Origin: a virus
Length of the DNA: 64,000 nt
IMG/VR virus record: IMGVR_UViG_3300026097_000015
Location: 1 to 64,000 of that record
Reading direction: 5' to 3' (one strand)
Shown: positions 51,904 to 60,130 of the stretch, in pieces
Position numbering within the stretch: the first letter of the stretch is position 1
How the letters are laid out: the number at the start of each line of letters is the position of its first letter
Notes under the pieces: model-generated
What the model saw: the letters and a program-made list of their open reading frames with translations, nothing else
Told to the model about the DNA's origin: nothing
Database searches by the model: none
Position numbers and translations under genes: made by a program

Positions 51904-52638
51904 TTAAGCTATGCGTTTGACATCTTTAACATTACCTTCAAAGTTTTCGTAAAGATCATTGACGCCAGATATCTTGGCCAGCTTTTTACGAGTATTCTTA
52001 ATATATCTTGCCCTAGCTGCCGAACGCTCAGGTATTTGGACAGTTAAATTATTCTCATGGATATAGGAAATGCCAAGAACTGTCTTACAATTGCGTGTAG
52101 TTAAATCATTTAGTTTATTAAACTCTCGTAATCTTGTCCAGTACTCCCAGTCTCCCCCAAACCTCACTTGCTCAAAATATCCTATGCCATCAAACACCTC
52201 TTTTTTAAAAAGTGCATGAGCCATTGTGGTTATGTCTGTAATCTCTTTGCTGTCCGAGAGCCTGGTCCTGGTAAAGGTATCTCCCACACCCACAACGTTT
52301 TTATCTAAATACTTTATTAAGGTTGCATAGCGATGTTCGAAAGAAACATCATCAGCATCGTGTGTTGTGAAGTAGCTCCAACGTTCTTTGCTGCCAATTA
52401 AAAGCCCCATGTTCCTGGAGTAATACGCTCCTTGATTTTTTTTATTAGAATAAACAGAAACCCTTGAGTCTTTTTTCGCATAACTCTTTGCTATCTTGAC
52501 GGTCTTGTCCGCAGAGCAATCATCAATAACTATAAGCTTAAGATGCCTATAGGTTTGATTTAAGATACTTTCAATAGCCCGTCCAATAGTTTCCTCAGAG
52601 TTATATGCTGGCATCACAACAAGGATTGTTTTCTTCAT
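51904..52638 (-). CDS. Glycosyltransferase family 2
   Basis: VVMPAYN, IDDCS.D, G.YYSRN.G and HDADD. Confidence 0.9.
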   Translation of the reverse strand: MKKTILVVMPAYNSEETIGRAIESILNQTYRHLKLIVIDDCSADKTVKIAKSYAKKDSRVSVYSNKKNQGAYYSRNMGLLIGSKERWSYFTTHDADDVSFEHRYATLIKYLDKNVVGVGDTFTRTRLSDSKEITDITTMAHALFKKEVFDGIGYFEQVRFGGDWEYWTRLREFNKLNDLTTRNCKTVLGISYIHENNLTVQIPERSAARARYIKNTRKKLAKISGVNDLYENFEGNVKDVKRIA

Positions 52639-52645
52639 TAAATAA

Positions 52646-52828
52646 TTAGACTTCTTCTACTTCTGTTACTACCTTAGACTCGGAGATACCACGCTGAACC
52701 CCAGCGATGTATCCTTCTTGCCAGGCCTTGATAGCTTGCTCGTTAGTGTCACGAGATGCCTGTGCCATCCAAGATTGGAGATCTTGTTGAGCGTGCTCCA
52801 TTACTCTCTGTGTTTCTTTGTCATGCAT
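52646..52828 (-). CDS. Small hypothetical protein, paralog of 50241..50435
   Basis: KET....AQQD...WM...WQEGYI.G..RG. Confidence 0.65.
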   Translation of the reverse strand: MHDKETQRVMEHAQQDLQSWMAQASRDTNEQAIKAWQEGYIAGVQRGISESKVVTEVEEV

Positions 52829-52842
52829 TTTCTCATACCCTT

Positions 52843-53511
52843 CTAGTATCTTACGTATACTACATTACTATCTTCTATGTTAGCAAACTCTTGTATAGAA
52901 CGCAACTCTGTGTTTTTCTCAACATTGGCGGTATGCACCATCAGACCTCCGCCAACATAAACTCCAATGTGAAAATAGCTAGAGGCACCAAGCTTTTGAA
53001 AACCTACTAAGTCTCCTGCAATAGGAGTCTTAACCCTTGTACCATTAACAACTTGAGAAGTTGCAGAGTGCTCCACTTCAATTCCCTGTCCCTGCAGATA
53101 CCACTTAGTAAGTCCAGAGCAATCCCAAATCTCAGGCGTGGCCCCAAATCCATAGGGAGCAACGCCTACCTGGGCTATTAGTTTTGAAATCTCTCTATCT
53201 CTAATTTCCTGTTTAGATATAAACAGATTACTTTCTGCCCATTCATTCATCCTGATAGTATTCTGCTTTTCTGCCTCCAAGCGAATTTCCGCTTCTCTAA
53301 CCTTACGCTCGCCTTCTTTTTCTAGAATAATCTTGTCTAGATCATCTAGCTGAGTCCTAATTTCGGGGGATGTAGGCTCAACAAATTCTTTAACATAAAC
53401 AATGTTTAAGTTATTAGAGTTACCCTGGATTGCATCTGCATTAACAGATGACCCAGTAAGCACAAATATGCTGAGCACAGCGGTAAAGTTAAGTATATTT
53501 TCTTTAATCAT
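52843..53511 (-). CDS. Secreted NlpC/P60 peptidase
   Basis: Signal peptide, coiled coil, then PY.FG....WDCSGL, GDLV and HIGVYVG.G.MVH. Confidence 0.88.
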   Translation of the reverse strand: MIKENILNFTAVLSIFVLTGSSVNADAIQGNSNNLNIVYVKEFVEPTSPEIRTQLDDLDKIILEKEGERKVREAEIRLEAEKQNTIRMNEWAESNLFISKQEIRDREISKLIAQVGVAPYGFGATPEIWDCSGLTKWYLQGQGIEVEHSATSQVVNGTRVKTPIAGDLVGFQKLGASSYFHIGVYVGGGLMVHTANVEKNTELRSIQEFANIEDSNVVYVRY

Positions 53512-53668
53512 AATAAATTATTTCTGAGTAAACCTGTGTCCAGATTGGTGAAGATGAAAGGCTATCCTGGCATCTAGTTCCTGAAAGTTAATCCCTCGAA
53601 GAACTTCTCCACAAATACAGGTAACTGACAATGAAAATCTCCTTAGACTTTATATTTTTTATATTGTA

Positions 53669-53872
53669 CTACAGCTCACGAAGGTCGTCAAGCAAATTAT
53701 CGTGAGTATTTTCATCAGTGATCTTATTAATAAGGCTTTCTAGAAATGACTCTCTTCTAAACTGTGCCATAATTTCTTTGCCAGTTACTTTATATTCAAG
53801 CTTGCCGTTTTCATCGTCATAAGATAAGGTGTAGACCCTGTCCTCAAAAATAGGATATTCTTCATTAAACAT
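53669..53872 (-). CDS. Hypothetical protein
   Basis: ATG 8 nt after a minus-strand TATAAT (53881-53886). Confidence 0.6.
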   Translation of the reverse strand: MFNEEYPIFEDRVYTLSYDDENGKLEYKVTGKEIMAQFRRESFLESLINKITDENTHDNLLDDLREL

Positions 53873-53898
53873 AGACTACTATTATACATCAAAAACGT

Positions 53899-53927
53899 TT
53901 GACAATGTGTACAAAATAACATATAAT
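53899..53927 (+). promoter_or_regulatory. Consensus promoter at a divergence point
   Basis: TTGACA-17 nt-TATAAT, ATG 6 nt later; back-to-back with a leftward TATAAT. Confidence 0.8.
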
Positions 53928-53933
53928 ATTATT

Positions 53934-54077
53934 ATGCATTCAACAGACGATATGGAATCTGCCTATTACGAAGGCGTACAGGCAGAAAGAGAACGTATCC
54001 TAGAGCTAATTGAGCTATGGCTTGGAGACGACGGCCTAGAGTTTGATGACATTCACCCAGAGATATTGAACGGTTAG
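53934..54077 (+). CDS. Small EG..ERERI-family protein (not in the ORF track)
   Basis: MHSTDDMESAYYEGVQAERERILELIE...*. Confidence 0.6.
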   Translation: MHSTDDMESAYYEGVQAERERILELIELWLGDDGLEFDDIHPEILNG

Positions 54078-54082
54078 AAGAT

Positions 54083-54250
54083 ATGGAAAAAGATACTAGC
54101 TACCTGGACGAACAGTTGGCAGAAATAAATAAAATTTTAGACGAAGTAGATAAAGAGCTACAGTTTGTCAGCAGGGGTATCGAAGAAGTAGAGATGAGTA
54201 CCAAACTACTTAGCGTAGAGATTGATTACAATTTAGACTTTTTAGAATAA
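54083..54250 (+). CDS. Small acidic coiled-coil protein (not in the ORF track)
   Basis: MEKDTSYLDEQLAEINKILDEVDKEL...*. Confidence 0.5.
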   Translation: MEKDTSYLDEQLAEINKILDEVDKELQFVSRGIEEVEMSTKLLSVEIDYNLDFLE

Positions 54251-54307
54251 AGACTTGCAATTAGGCTTTGACTTCGATATACTGTATAAAGGTATAGAGA
54301 GGCGTAG

Positions 54308-54553
54308 ATGCAGGTGGATTTATTCAACTATTACGGATTAGACTGGCTGTCCATGCTATTTGGATTTTATGGTATGTGGCTGTTAGGCAAAAAGCGTAAA
54401 GTTAGTTTTATTTTTACGGGTATCGGAATGGCTCTAGCACTTACTGTTGCTGTGATGGCAAGTCAGTATGGCTTTATGGTTGCCAACTCCATTATGATCG
54501 GACTCTCTACAAGAAACTATATACTTTGGTATAAAGAAGACAAGGTTAACTAG
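54308..54553 (+). CDS. PnuC-like three-TM membrane protein
   Basis: DWL....G..G.WLLG.K.K..F and RNY..W pattern. Confidence 0.6.
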   Translation: MQVDLFNYYGLDWLSMLFGFYGMWLLGKKRKVSFIFTGIGMALALTVAVMASQYGFMVANSIMIGLSTRNYILWYKEDKVN

Positions 54554-54654
54554 AAGAGGAGCGTAATGTTTCCAGAAATGCAAGCATTGTTAGGAACCGC
54601 CTGGGCATATTGGTTGTCCTTTGGGGCACTACTTATTTGGTGGGGAGCGTATAA

Positions 54655-54903
54655 ATGGCTAAGGAAATAGATTTTGACGAGTGGCTACAGACTGGCTACG
54701 ACCAAGGCTGGATAGGCCCACCAGTTTGTGAAACTCATGATGGTCTGCCGATGTCTATAGCAGAGGATTATGCGTTTGAAGAGGGTGAAGACCCTTGCAT
54801 TCATATCCTGAGGCTATACGAAGACAAAATAGATAAGCAACAAGTAGAAGATGGCCACTCGCCTTCACAGTGGAGGGCATCCAACATGGGGCTTAAAAAA
54901 TGA
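54655..54903 (+). CDS. Hypothetical protein
   Basis: FDEWL..G...GW.GPPVC.THDGLP...EGEDPC.HI.R motif. Confidence 0.75.
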   Translation: MAKEIDFDEWLQTGYDQGWIGPPVCETHDGLPMSIAEDYAFEEGEDPCIHILRLYEDKIDKQQVEDGHSPSQWRASNMGLKK

Positions 54904-55115
54904 CATTCTTAATGGCCAACAAAGATACATACATAACAAGTATGAAGGACGATGACCACGATCTCTTGATTGAAGAGGGTGGCTTCCTATTTCATATTAC
55001 ATCAGATAGGCAAACAAAATATTTAGAGCCTAGAGAGGTAGCTTTGTACTCTCCTGAGAATAACCTGGGGGTAAGCTACGGTTACGAGGGGGACTGGGAT
55101 GAGTTTAATCTATAA
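54900..55115 (+). CDS. Hypothetical protein
   Basis: ORF track; ATGA coupling. Confidence 0.55.
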   Translation: MTFLMANKDTYITSMKDDDHDLLIEEGGFLFHITSDRQTKYLEPREVALYSPENNLGVSYGYEGDWDEFNL

Positions 55116-55186
55116 GATAGAAAGAACTCTATGTCCTAAATGTCATAGGCTCATGATAGCCTATGTTGACAGAGAAAATGTAGAAT

Positions 55187-55405
55187 ATGAATGCATATAC
55201 AAGGAGTGCAAAGATGAATGAACAGCCAATAAACATACATAGATATATTAATTTAGGGTTTAGGTGGTTGCATTATATCCACTATACCCCCAAGTCTTAC
55301 AGCACGTCTCACTGGGGATGGATGACAACGACGTTCAAAGATCCATCAATTGATTTTTATTTTGGTAAGCATGTGTTTGTGTTTACCCTAAGGAAGAAAG
55401 ATTAG
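55187..55405 (+). CDS. Hypothetical protein (true start may be ATG 55215 region)
   Basis: ORF track; AAGGAG RBS precedes the internal ATG. Confidence 0.5.
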   Translation: MNAYTRSAKMNEQPINIHRYINLGFRWLHYIHYTPKSYSTSHWGWMTTTFKDPSIDFYFGKHVFVFTLRKKD

Positions 55406-55459
55406 TAACTTATAGGTTACATCTGTTAATGTAACGTATAGGTGACATAAAGGACGATA

Positions 55460-55828
55460 ATGCCATTACATGTAGACATTAAGATTAATGAACGCCTAAT
55501 CAACACAATATATATTGGTCGTATGCGTGGGGGAACAAGGCCAGACGATGTCAATGACTACCTTGTTGTTGAAGGGGATAAGCCACTAAGCCTAGAAGAC
55601 TGGCATAAGAATGGATTCTCATACACTCATCGGTATGGTGATGGAGCAGAGACATGCGTTCTTAAAGGTTTGCAAGCTTTGGGGTACGATAGTGCTGTCC
55701 CAGCGGCCACTGTCCAGGAACACGAACCTACCGACAAAACAGCAGGGGGATTTTTAAATATCTGCACATGTGGAGAACCTGTAGATGATTACAGAGAACA
55801 TCTAGCTGAAAAAATTGGGGAGGTCTAG
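55460..55828 (+). CDS. Hypothetical protein
   Basis: AAGGA RBS; HRYGDGA motif and C-terminal CTCG...H. Confidence 0.7.
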   Translation: MPLHVDIKINERLINTIYIGRMRGGTRPDDVNDYLVVEGDKPLSLEDWHKNGFSYTHRYGDGAETCVLKGLQALGYDSAVPAATVQEHEPTDKTAGGFLNICTCGEPVDDYREHLAEKIGEV

Positions 55829-55829
55829 G

Positions 55830-56009
55830 ATGAGCATTGAACAAAAATTATATTGGACCAAGGGGTACGAAGCTGGTGTTAAAGATACAGAAGAAAGAAC
55901 TATAAAACTGTTAGAGGATGAACTTGAACATGATTGGGATGATATTACAGTCACAAGAGATGCAATCATCAGGTCACTAATCGCACTAATCAAAGGAGGG
56001 CAGAAGTGA
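55830..56009 (+). CDS. Small G..D/ERI-family protein
   Basis: MSIEQKLYWTKGYEAGVKDTEERTIKLLE...LIALIKG; ATG 55830 after GGAGG. Confidence 0.65.
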   Translation: MSIEQKLYWTKGYEAGVKDTEERTIKLLEDELEHDWDDITVTRDAIIRSLIALIKGGQK

Positions 56010-56344
56010 GCTTTGCAAGATTCAGTAATTCAGATATTTATATGTTTGAGCATGTAGGTGGCTTTATTGAGTGCTGTGGTTGTTGGTTTGTAGATTGGGA
56101 TACAGAAATTTATCCTCAGCTAAAAACACCACGGGAAGCTTTGACACATCTAGACTCTCACGAAAAAGCAGGGCATGACATAGGGAATGCTCGTAATAGA
56201 ATTATAGACACGTATGATGATTTAGATATTAAAATAGATCCTTACGTGACACCACCAGAAGTTATAGAAAGAGTTAGGCAAAAAATGAGGGCATCTCAAG
56301 AACATCCTCCACAACATTTTAGAGATAGGAGCAACGGTGAATGA
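56006..56344 (+). CDS. Hypothetical protein
   Basis: MSFARFS.SDIY...CCGC...HL..H...GH; GGAGG RBS. Confidence 0.72.
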   Translation: MSFARFSNSDIYMFEHVGGFIECCGCWFVDWDTEIYPQLKTPREALTHLDSHEKAGHDIGNARNRIIDTYDDLDIKIDPYVTPPEVIERVRQKMRASQEHPPQHFRDRSNGE

Positions 56345-56489
56345 AAAAGAAAAGTCAATCAAAATACTAGAATCGTATTTTAAATTAATTAAAGAGTCTG
56401 AAGATAAGTCTGAAAATCCTGAATGGGATAGAGGATTCCAGGCAGCAATAGCATTAATAAAGTCGGAATATAATTGGAAGGATTCGTAA
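56337..56489 (+). CDS. Small hypothetical protein (not in the ORF track)
   Basis: GTG start after AGGAG; EKEKSIKILE...EWDRGFQAAIALIK*. Confidence 0.55.
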   Translation: MNEKEKSIKILESYFKLIKESEDKSENPEWDRGFQAAIALIKSEYNWKDS

Positions 56490-56552
56490 TGGAGATATTG
56501 GCAGTATTGTCTTTAGTTGCCATGCTTTGGATAGCAGTTTGGTTTACAACTA

Positions 56553-57266
56553 ATGACAGATGATCTTTCAAACGTAGTAGCAGAAGAAGACTTTCAAACT
56601 TGGAGGATTTTTCCTAAGTATCGTAATCTTTTTAATAAGATGGAGATTGCGTTACAACAAGGCTTGAAGGCAGGACCTGCAGCGGTCAACCCTTTGCATG
56701 ATGGCTACTATATTTCAAGACCTATTTATAATTTATACGGGATGGGCATAGGTGCCAAAAGGTTTTGGTACAGTGATGACATGTACAACCAATTACTTAA
56801 CAATGATGTAGTTCCGCCTGGGCACTTCTGGTGTGAGTGGGTTGAAGGAGATCACCTGAGTATAGACTTTCATCGTGACCCCAAGACTAAGATATTCTAC
56901 ACACGCAGTGTCTGGCAGGGTAAGCATTACACAAGCGATAACCTAACACAGTTCTCGTCATGGACTAGATTAGATAGTGATATTCATCCTTACGACATTA
57001 AACTTAAACTACCCTGGAATGATGAAAAGATTACAGCAATAAACTTAGAGTACAAAGGTAAATACGTAATAGAGGCACACCTTAGATTAGGTAATGACCC
57101 TTGGGATGACCTAGAGACTGGAACAGTAGTTACACCAGTATGGGATGATGCAGAAATAGATCCATCCAAAGAGTTTCGGGGTAACCTTCATCAAGACATG
57201 GAAGCTTACAGTGCAAGTGGACACATATCAAATGTAAGAAAAGGATACTACATAGATAGACCTTAA
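56553..57266 (+). CDS. ATP-grasp-like protein
   Basis: YISRPIYNLYGMGIGA, FWCEWVEGDHLSIDF and INLEY...IEAHLR motifs. Confidence 0.6.
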   Translation: MTDDLSNVVAEEDFQTWRIFPKYRNLFNKMEIALQQGLKAGPAAVNPLHDGYYISRPIYNLYGMGIGAKRFWYSDDMYNQLLNNDVVPPGHFWCEWVEGDHLSIDFHRDPKTKIFYTRSVWQGKHYTSDNLTQFSSWTRLDSDIHPYDIKLKLPWNDEKITAINLEYKGKYVIEAHLRLGNDPWDDLETGTVVTPVWDDAEIDPSKEFRGNLHQDMEAYSASGHISNVRKGYYIDRP

Positions 57267-57274
57267 TTAAACAA

Positions 57275-57348
57275 GGGGTGGTAGCTCAGCTGGTTAGAGC
57301 AAACGACTCATAATCGTTCGGTCATGGGTTCAAGTTCCATCCACCCCA
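57275..57348 (+). tRNA. tRNA with CAT anticodon (elongator Met or Ile2)
   Basis: Acceptor GGGGTGG/CCACCCC, AACGA-CTCATAA-TCGTT arm, TTCAAGT T-loop; paired 1:72 argues against an initiator. Confidence 0.92.
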
Positions 57349-57381
57349 CTAAAACTGTAAAAGTGATACAATAGATAACTA

Positions 57382-57936
57382 ATGTATGAAATATCAATGC
57401 CAAGGTTTGAGGCAATCGTAATAAAAGATCTCATTTCAACAGCAACAAACATTTTAGAGTATGGTTCTGGCGGTACAACTTATTACGCTTATCAAAATAA
57501 TAAAACAGTAACTACAGTTGAAACAGACAAAAACTATTTAAATAATCTTTTAGATACATGCAATCATTCAGATCTGATTAAGCCTATCCATGTAGACGTG
57601 GGGGAAACGACTGACTGGGGGTACTCTTTGGGATTGCCAGAAGGCTTCAACACAATCAGGCAATACATAAGAGTACCATGGGACATAGATGATTTTAATC
57701 TTGTCATTGTTGACGGTAGGTTTAGGGCAGCAACATTTATGTATAGCTGGAACATGGCCAAGCCAGGGACTACCTTCTTCTGGGACGACTTCGTAAACAG
57801 AAACCACTACAAAGAAGTGCTACAGCATATTAACCCTGATGCATATGTTGGCAGGGCAGCTATATTCGTAAAAGAAGATAATTACTTTAAGTTCAGCGAC
57901 GAAATGATTCATAAATACGTTAGTGATCAGCGTTAA
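57382..57936 (+). CDS. Class I SAM-dependent methyltransferase-like protein
   Basis: ILEYGSGGTT, VETD, VIVDGRFR and FWDD. Confidence 0.82.
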   Translation: MYEISMPRFEAIVIKDLISTATNILEYGSGGTTYYAYQNNKTVTTVETDKNYLNNLLDTCNHSDLIKPIHVDVGETTDWGYSLGLPEGFNTIRQYIRVPWDIDDFNLVIVDGRFRAATFMYSWNMAKPGTTFFWDDFVNRNHYKEVLQHINPDAYVGRAAIFVKEDNYFKFSDEMIHKYVSDQR

Positions 57937-57987
57937 AGCGAAGCGATAAAGTTCGGCGGTAAATAGAGTGCAATACAATCGAAACGA

Positions 57988-58016
57988 TTGACAAACTCTA
58001 ATATCAGATGTATAAT
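57988..58016 (+). promoter_or_regulatory. Consensus promoter
   Basis: TTGACA-17 nt-TATAAT. Confidence 0.8.
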
Positions 58017-58114
58017 ATATTCAGCATAGGCAATAGCTGAGCTAGAGGCCCTAGGGGAGTTTCGGACGAAGCTCTTCTAGGGTTCTCGTTATTTAGATTT
58101 AGAAACGGTATAAA

Positions 58115-58309
58115 ATGGAAACAGCAATAACCACAGATGTAGACACAACAGTCTTCTATACAAAAGAAGATGTACAAGGATGGACTGTAGTAAAGAAATG
58201 TACAGAATGTAAGTTTGCAGTTTTCACTGGCAAGTCACAAGATGTAGATAAGTCTACTAAAACTATCAATGATATATTTGATAAAGGTCACAACTGCATA
58301 ATTTTTTGA
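58115..58309 (+). CDS. Small Zn-binding hypothetical protein
   Basis: CTEC...HNC; last rightward ORF before the non-coding region. Confidence 0.55.
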   Translation: METAITTDVDTTVFYTKEDVQGWTVVKKCTECKFAVFTGKSQDVDKSTKTINDIFDKGHNCIIF

Positions 58310-58583
58310 GGGTCTACAACATAAGCATAGACAAATTCATACTCAATTGATGTATAGCAAGAATACCTATAAGAACACCAACTAATCTAAACCAAAAAAG
58401 AAATACGGGATTGGCCCTAATCTTTTCTTCTAGGTTTATATAGGAATATAGAAAACCTAAGATCAAACCTAATAGTGCAAATTCTGTCATATTCTAGTGT
58501 AACACACATAAATCTTTTGAAGGCTACGCCTTTATACCAAGATGATTTGTTACCCTCGCAGAATTGATTCTATGGCTTCTGAG

Positions 58584-59450
58584 AGCTATTTTATAGCCAT
58601 CGTAATGAAATAATATCTTACTGATTATAAAGCTATGTGGAGGGAAGTGGAGTTATGTGGAGATATATGGATAATGGAACACATAGTTATAAAACCGTAA
58701 TCAAAATTTTATATCTCCATAGCCCCATATCCTATATAATGCTAAAACAGTCTGGGATTTCAAAAGCTTCATCGTAATGTCTTTTTGGGAGATAGTGTTT
58801 ATATATAGGGGGATAATTACCAAGATAGGTAAATTTTATACCCTCAAAAAATATAAATAAATCTAATAAAATAAACAAAAATAAATAAAAATAGATCAAA
58901 ATGTTTTAAAAATAAAGAAAATGTTTTATTCTCTTATAGGGGGTATTAACGTATAATGGTTAACCAATATATGATATACATACCTAGTGTAAGTACTATA
59001 CCTTCCAGCATTTTATACCCTCCTTCGTAATAAATAATAAATTAATTAATAATGCCTACGGCATCTGTTATAAAATTTGGGGTATACCAACAGATAACCC
59101 ATTAAGTGTTAATATACCTATACATATAATACATATACTAGATTAAGATCATATACCCTGGATGTTACATACATGTTAAATAGTTTTATTATAGATATAC
59201 TAAAACAACCAGCGATTTCAAAAGGTCCATCGTAATACTTTTTAAACTAAATAGTTTTTAATATAGGTCATGCTCGATGCATAAAAAAAAGAAGCTGGAT
59301 AGCTAGTTCATAGCCACATCGCAATGACGTTAGCTAGCTTGCACCTATCCAACTTCTATACATAATTATATCCTATATAGCCCAGGATGTCAAGTTGATC
59401 ATCGTAATACCCTCAAAACAACCCACGATTTTATATGATCCATCGTAAAG
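58584..59450. repeat. Dispersed same-orientation repeats GATTTY-N11-CGTAA in an AT-rich non-coding region
   Basis: Copies at 58756, 59009, 59214, 59386 and 59427 with identical spacing, variants at 58584 and 59301, and another copy at 62935. Confidence 0.8.
59283..59358 (-). ncRNA. Candidate ~75-nt small RNA
   Basis: Minus-strand TTGACA-17-TATAAT (59393-59365); 13-bp closing stem AGAAGTTGGATAG/CTATCCAGCTTCT, inner stem, then a T8 tract. Confidence 0.65.
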
Positions 59451-59503
59451 GTTTTTATATATGGGATATGGTAACATTTTGATAACTTTGGGTCGATCAC
59501 AGA

Positions 59504-59528
59504 ATACCCCCTTTTGTCAAGGGGGTAT
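59504..59528 (-). terminator. Hairpin ending the leftward operon
   Basis: ATACCCCCTT-ttgtc-AAGGGGGTAT, just after the stop at 59537. Confidence 0.6.
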
Positions 59529-59536
59529 AAACTTTA

Positions 59537-59845
59537 CTAGTCTGTGTCAGTGATATCTAGATACTTGTTGTGAAGATTGAGAATACCTGATAACTCGTTA
59601 TCTGTTAGAGAGTCTAATGTCATTTTCTCTAGGGCAATAAAAAAGCATAGGCTAGTGTATAGGTTGTTCTCATAGAGAAATGTCCTATACACATCTGGCG
59701 TATAAACAACTTCCTCGTCACCCCAAAACTGTTCTTCAAGGTCAAGTGTAAATCTGTTTAGAGTGTCTGCTATATCGTATAACTCGGACATTTCTTCTTC
59801 GGTGTATTTTGTCATATCTAAAACCCTATCATATCCTATGGACAT
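59537..59845 (-). CDS. Acidic hypothetical protein
   Basis: ORF track; leftward cluster. Confidence 0.65.
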   Translation of the reverse strand: MSIGYDRVLDMTKYTEEEMSELYDIADTLNRFTLDLEEQFWGDEEVVYTPDVYRTFLYENNLYTSLCFFIALEKMTLDSLTDNELSGILNLHNKYLDITDTD

Positions 59846-60130
59846 TTATTCCATACTCCTAGCTAGTAGGTCATCAAGCACATCATACCCTTCATCCTCT
59901 AGACCTAATGCAGCCAACAGCAGGTCAAAGGTTTCATCAATAAAGGTATTTGCTTCTTTGTTTCCTGAAACAATCTTTTCACTTAGTAAATATGCAAGGG
60001 GTAGCCCTAAGTCATTGTATTCAATAAAGTCTGAAAAATCAGCGTCTGCCCGATAATTCATCCATAGGTCTGCTAGGATGCCGCACTTGTCATTGAAAGT
60101 CGTCTGTCCTGTATTGTCTGAACCGCTCAT
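59846..60130 (-). CDS. Acidic hypothetical protein
   Basis: F..KC.ILADLW..YR....DFIEYNDLGLPLAY motif. Confidence 0.75.
   Translation of the reverse strand: MSGSDNTGQTTFNDKCGILADLWMNYRADADFSDFIEYNDLGLPLAYLLSEKIVSGNKEANTFIDETFDLLLAALGLEDEGYDVLDDLLARSME

Noticed and set aside
58584-59450. Repeats as a CRISPR or mini-array
   Set aside because: Copies are degenerate and irregularly spaced (41-250 nt apart), without uniform spacers.
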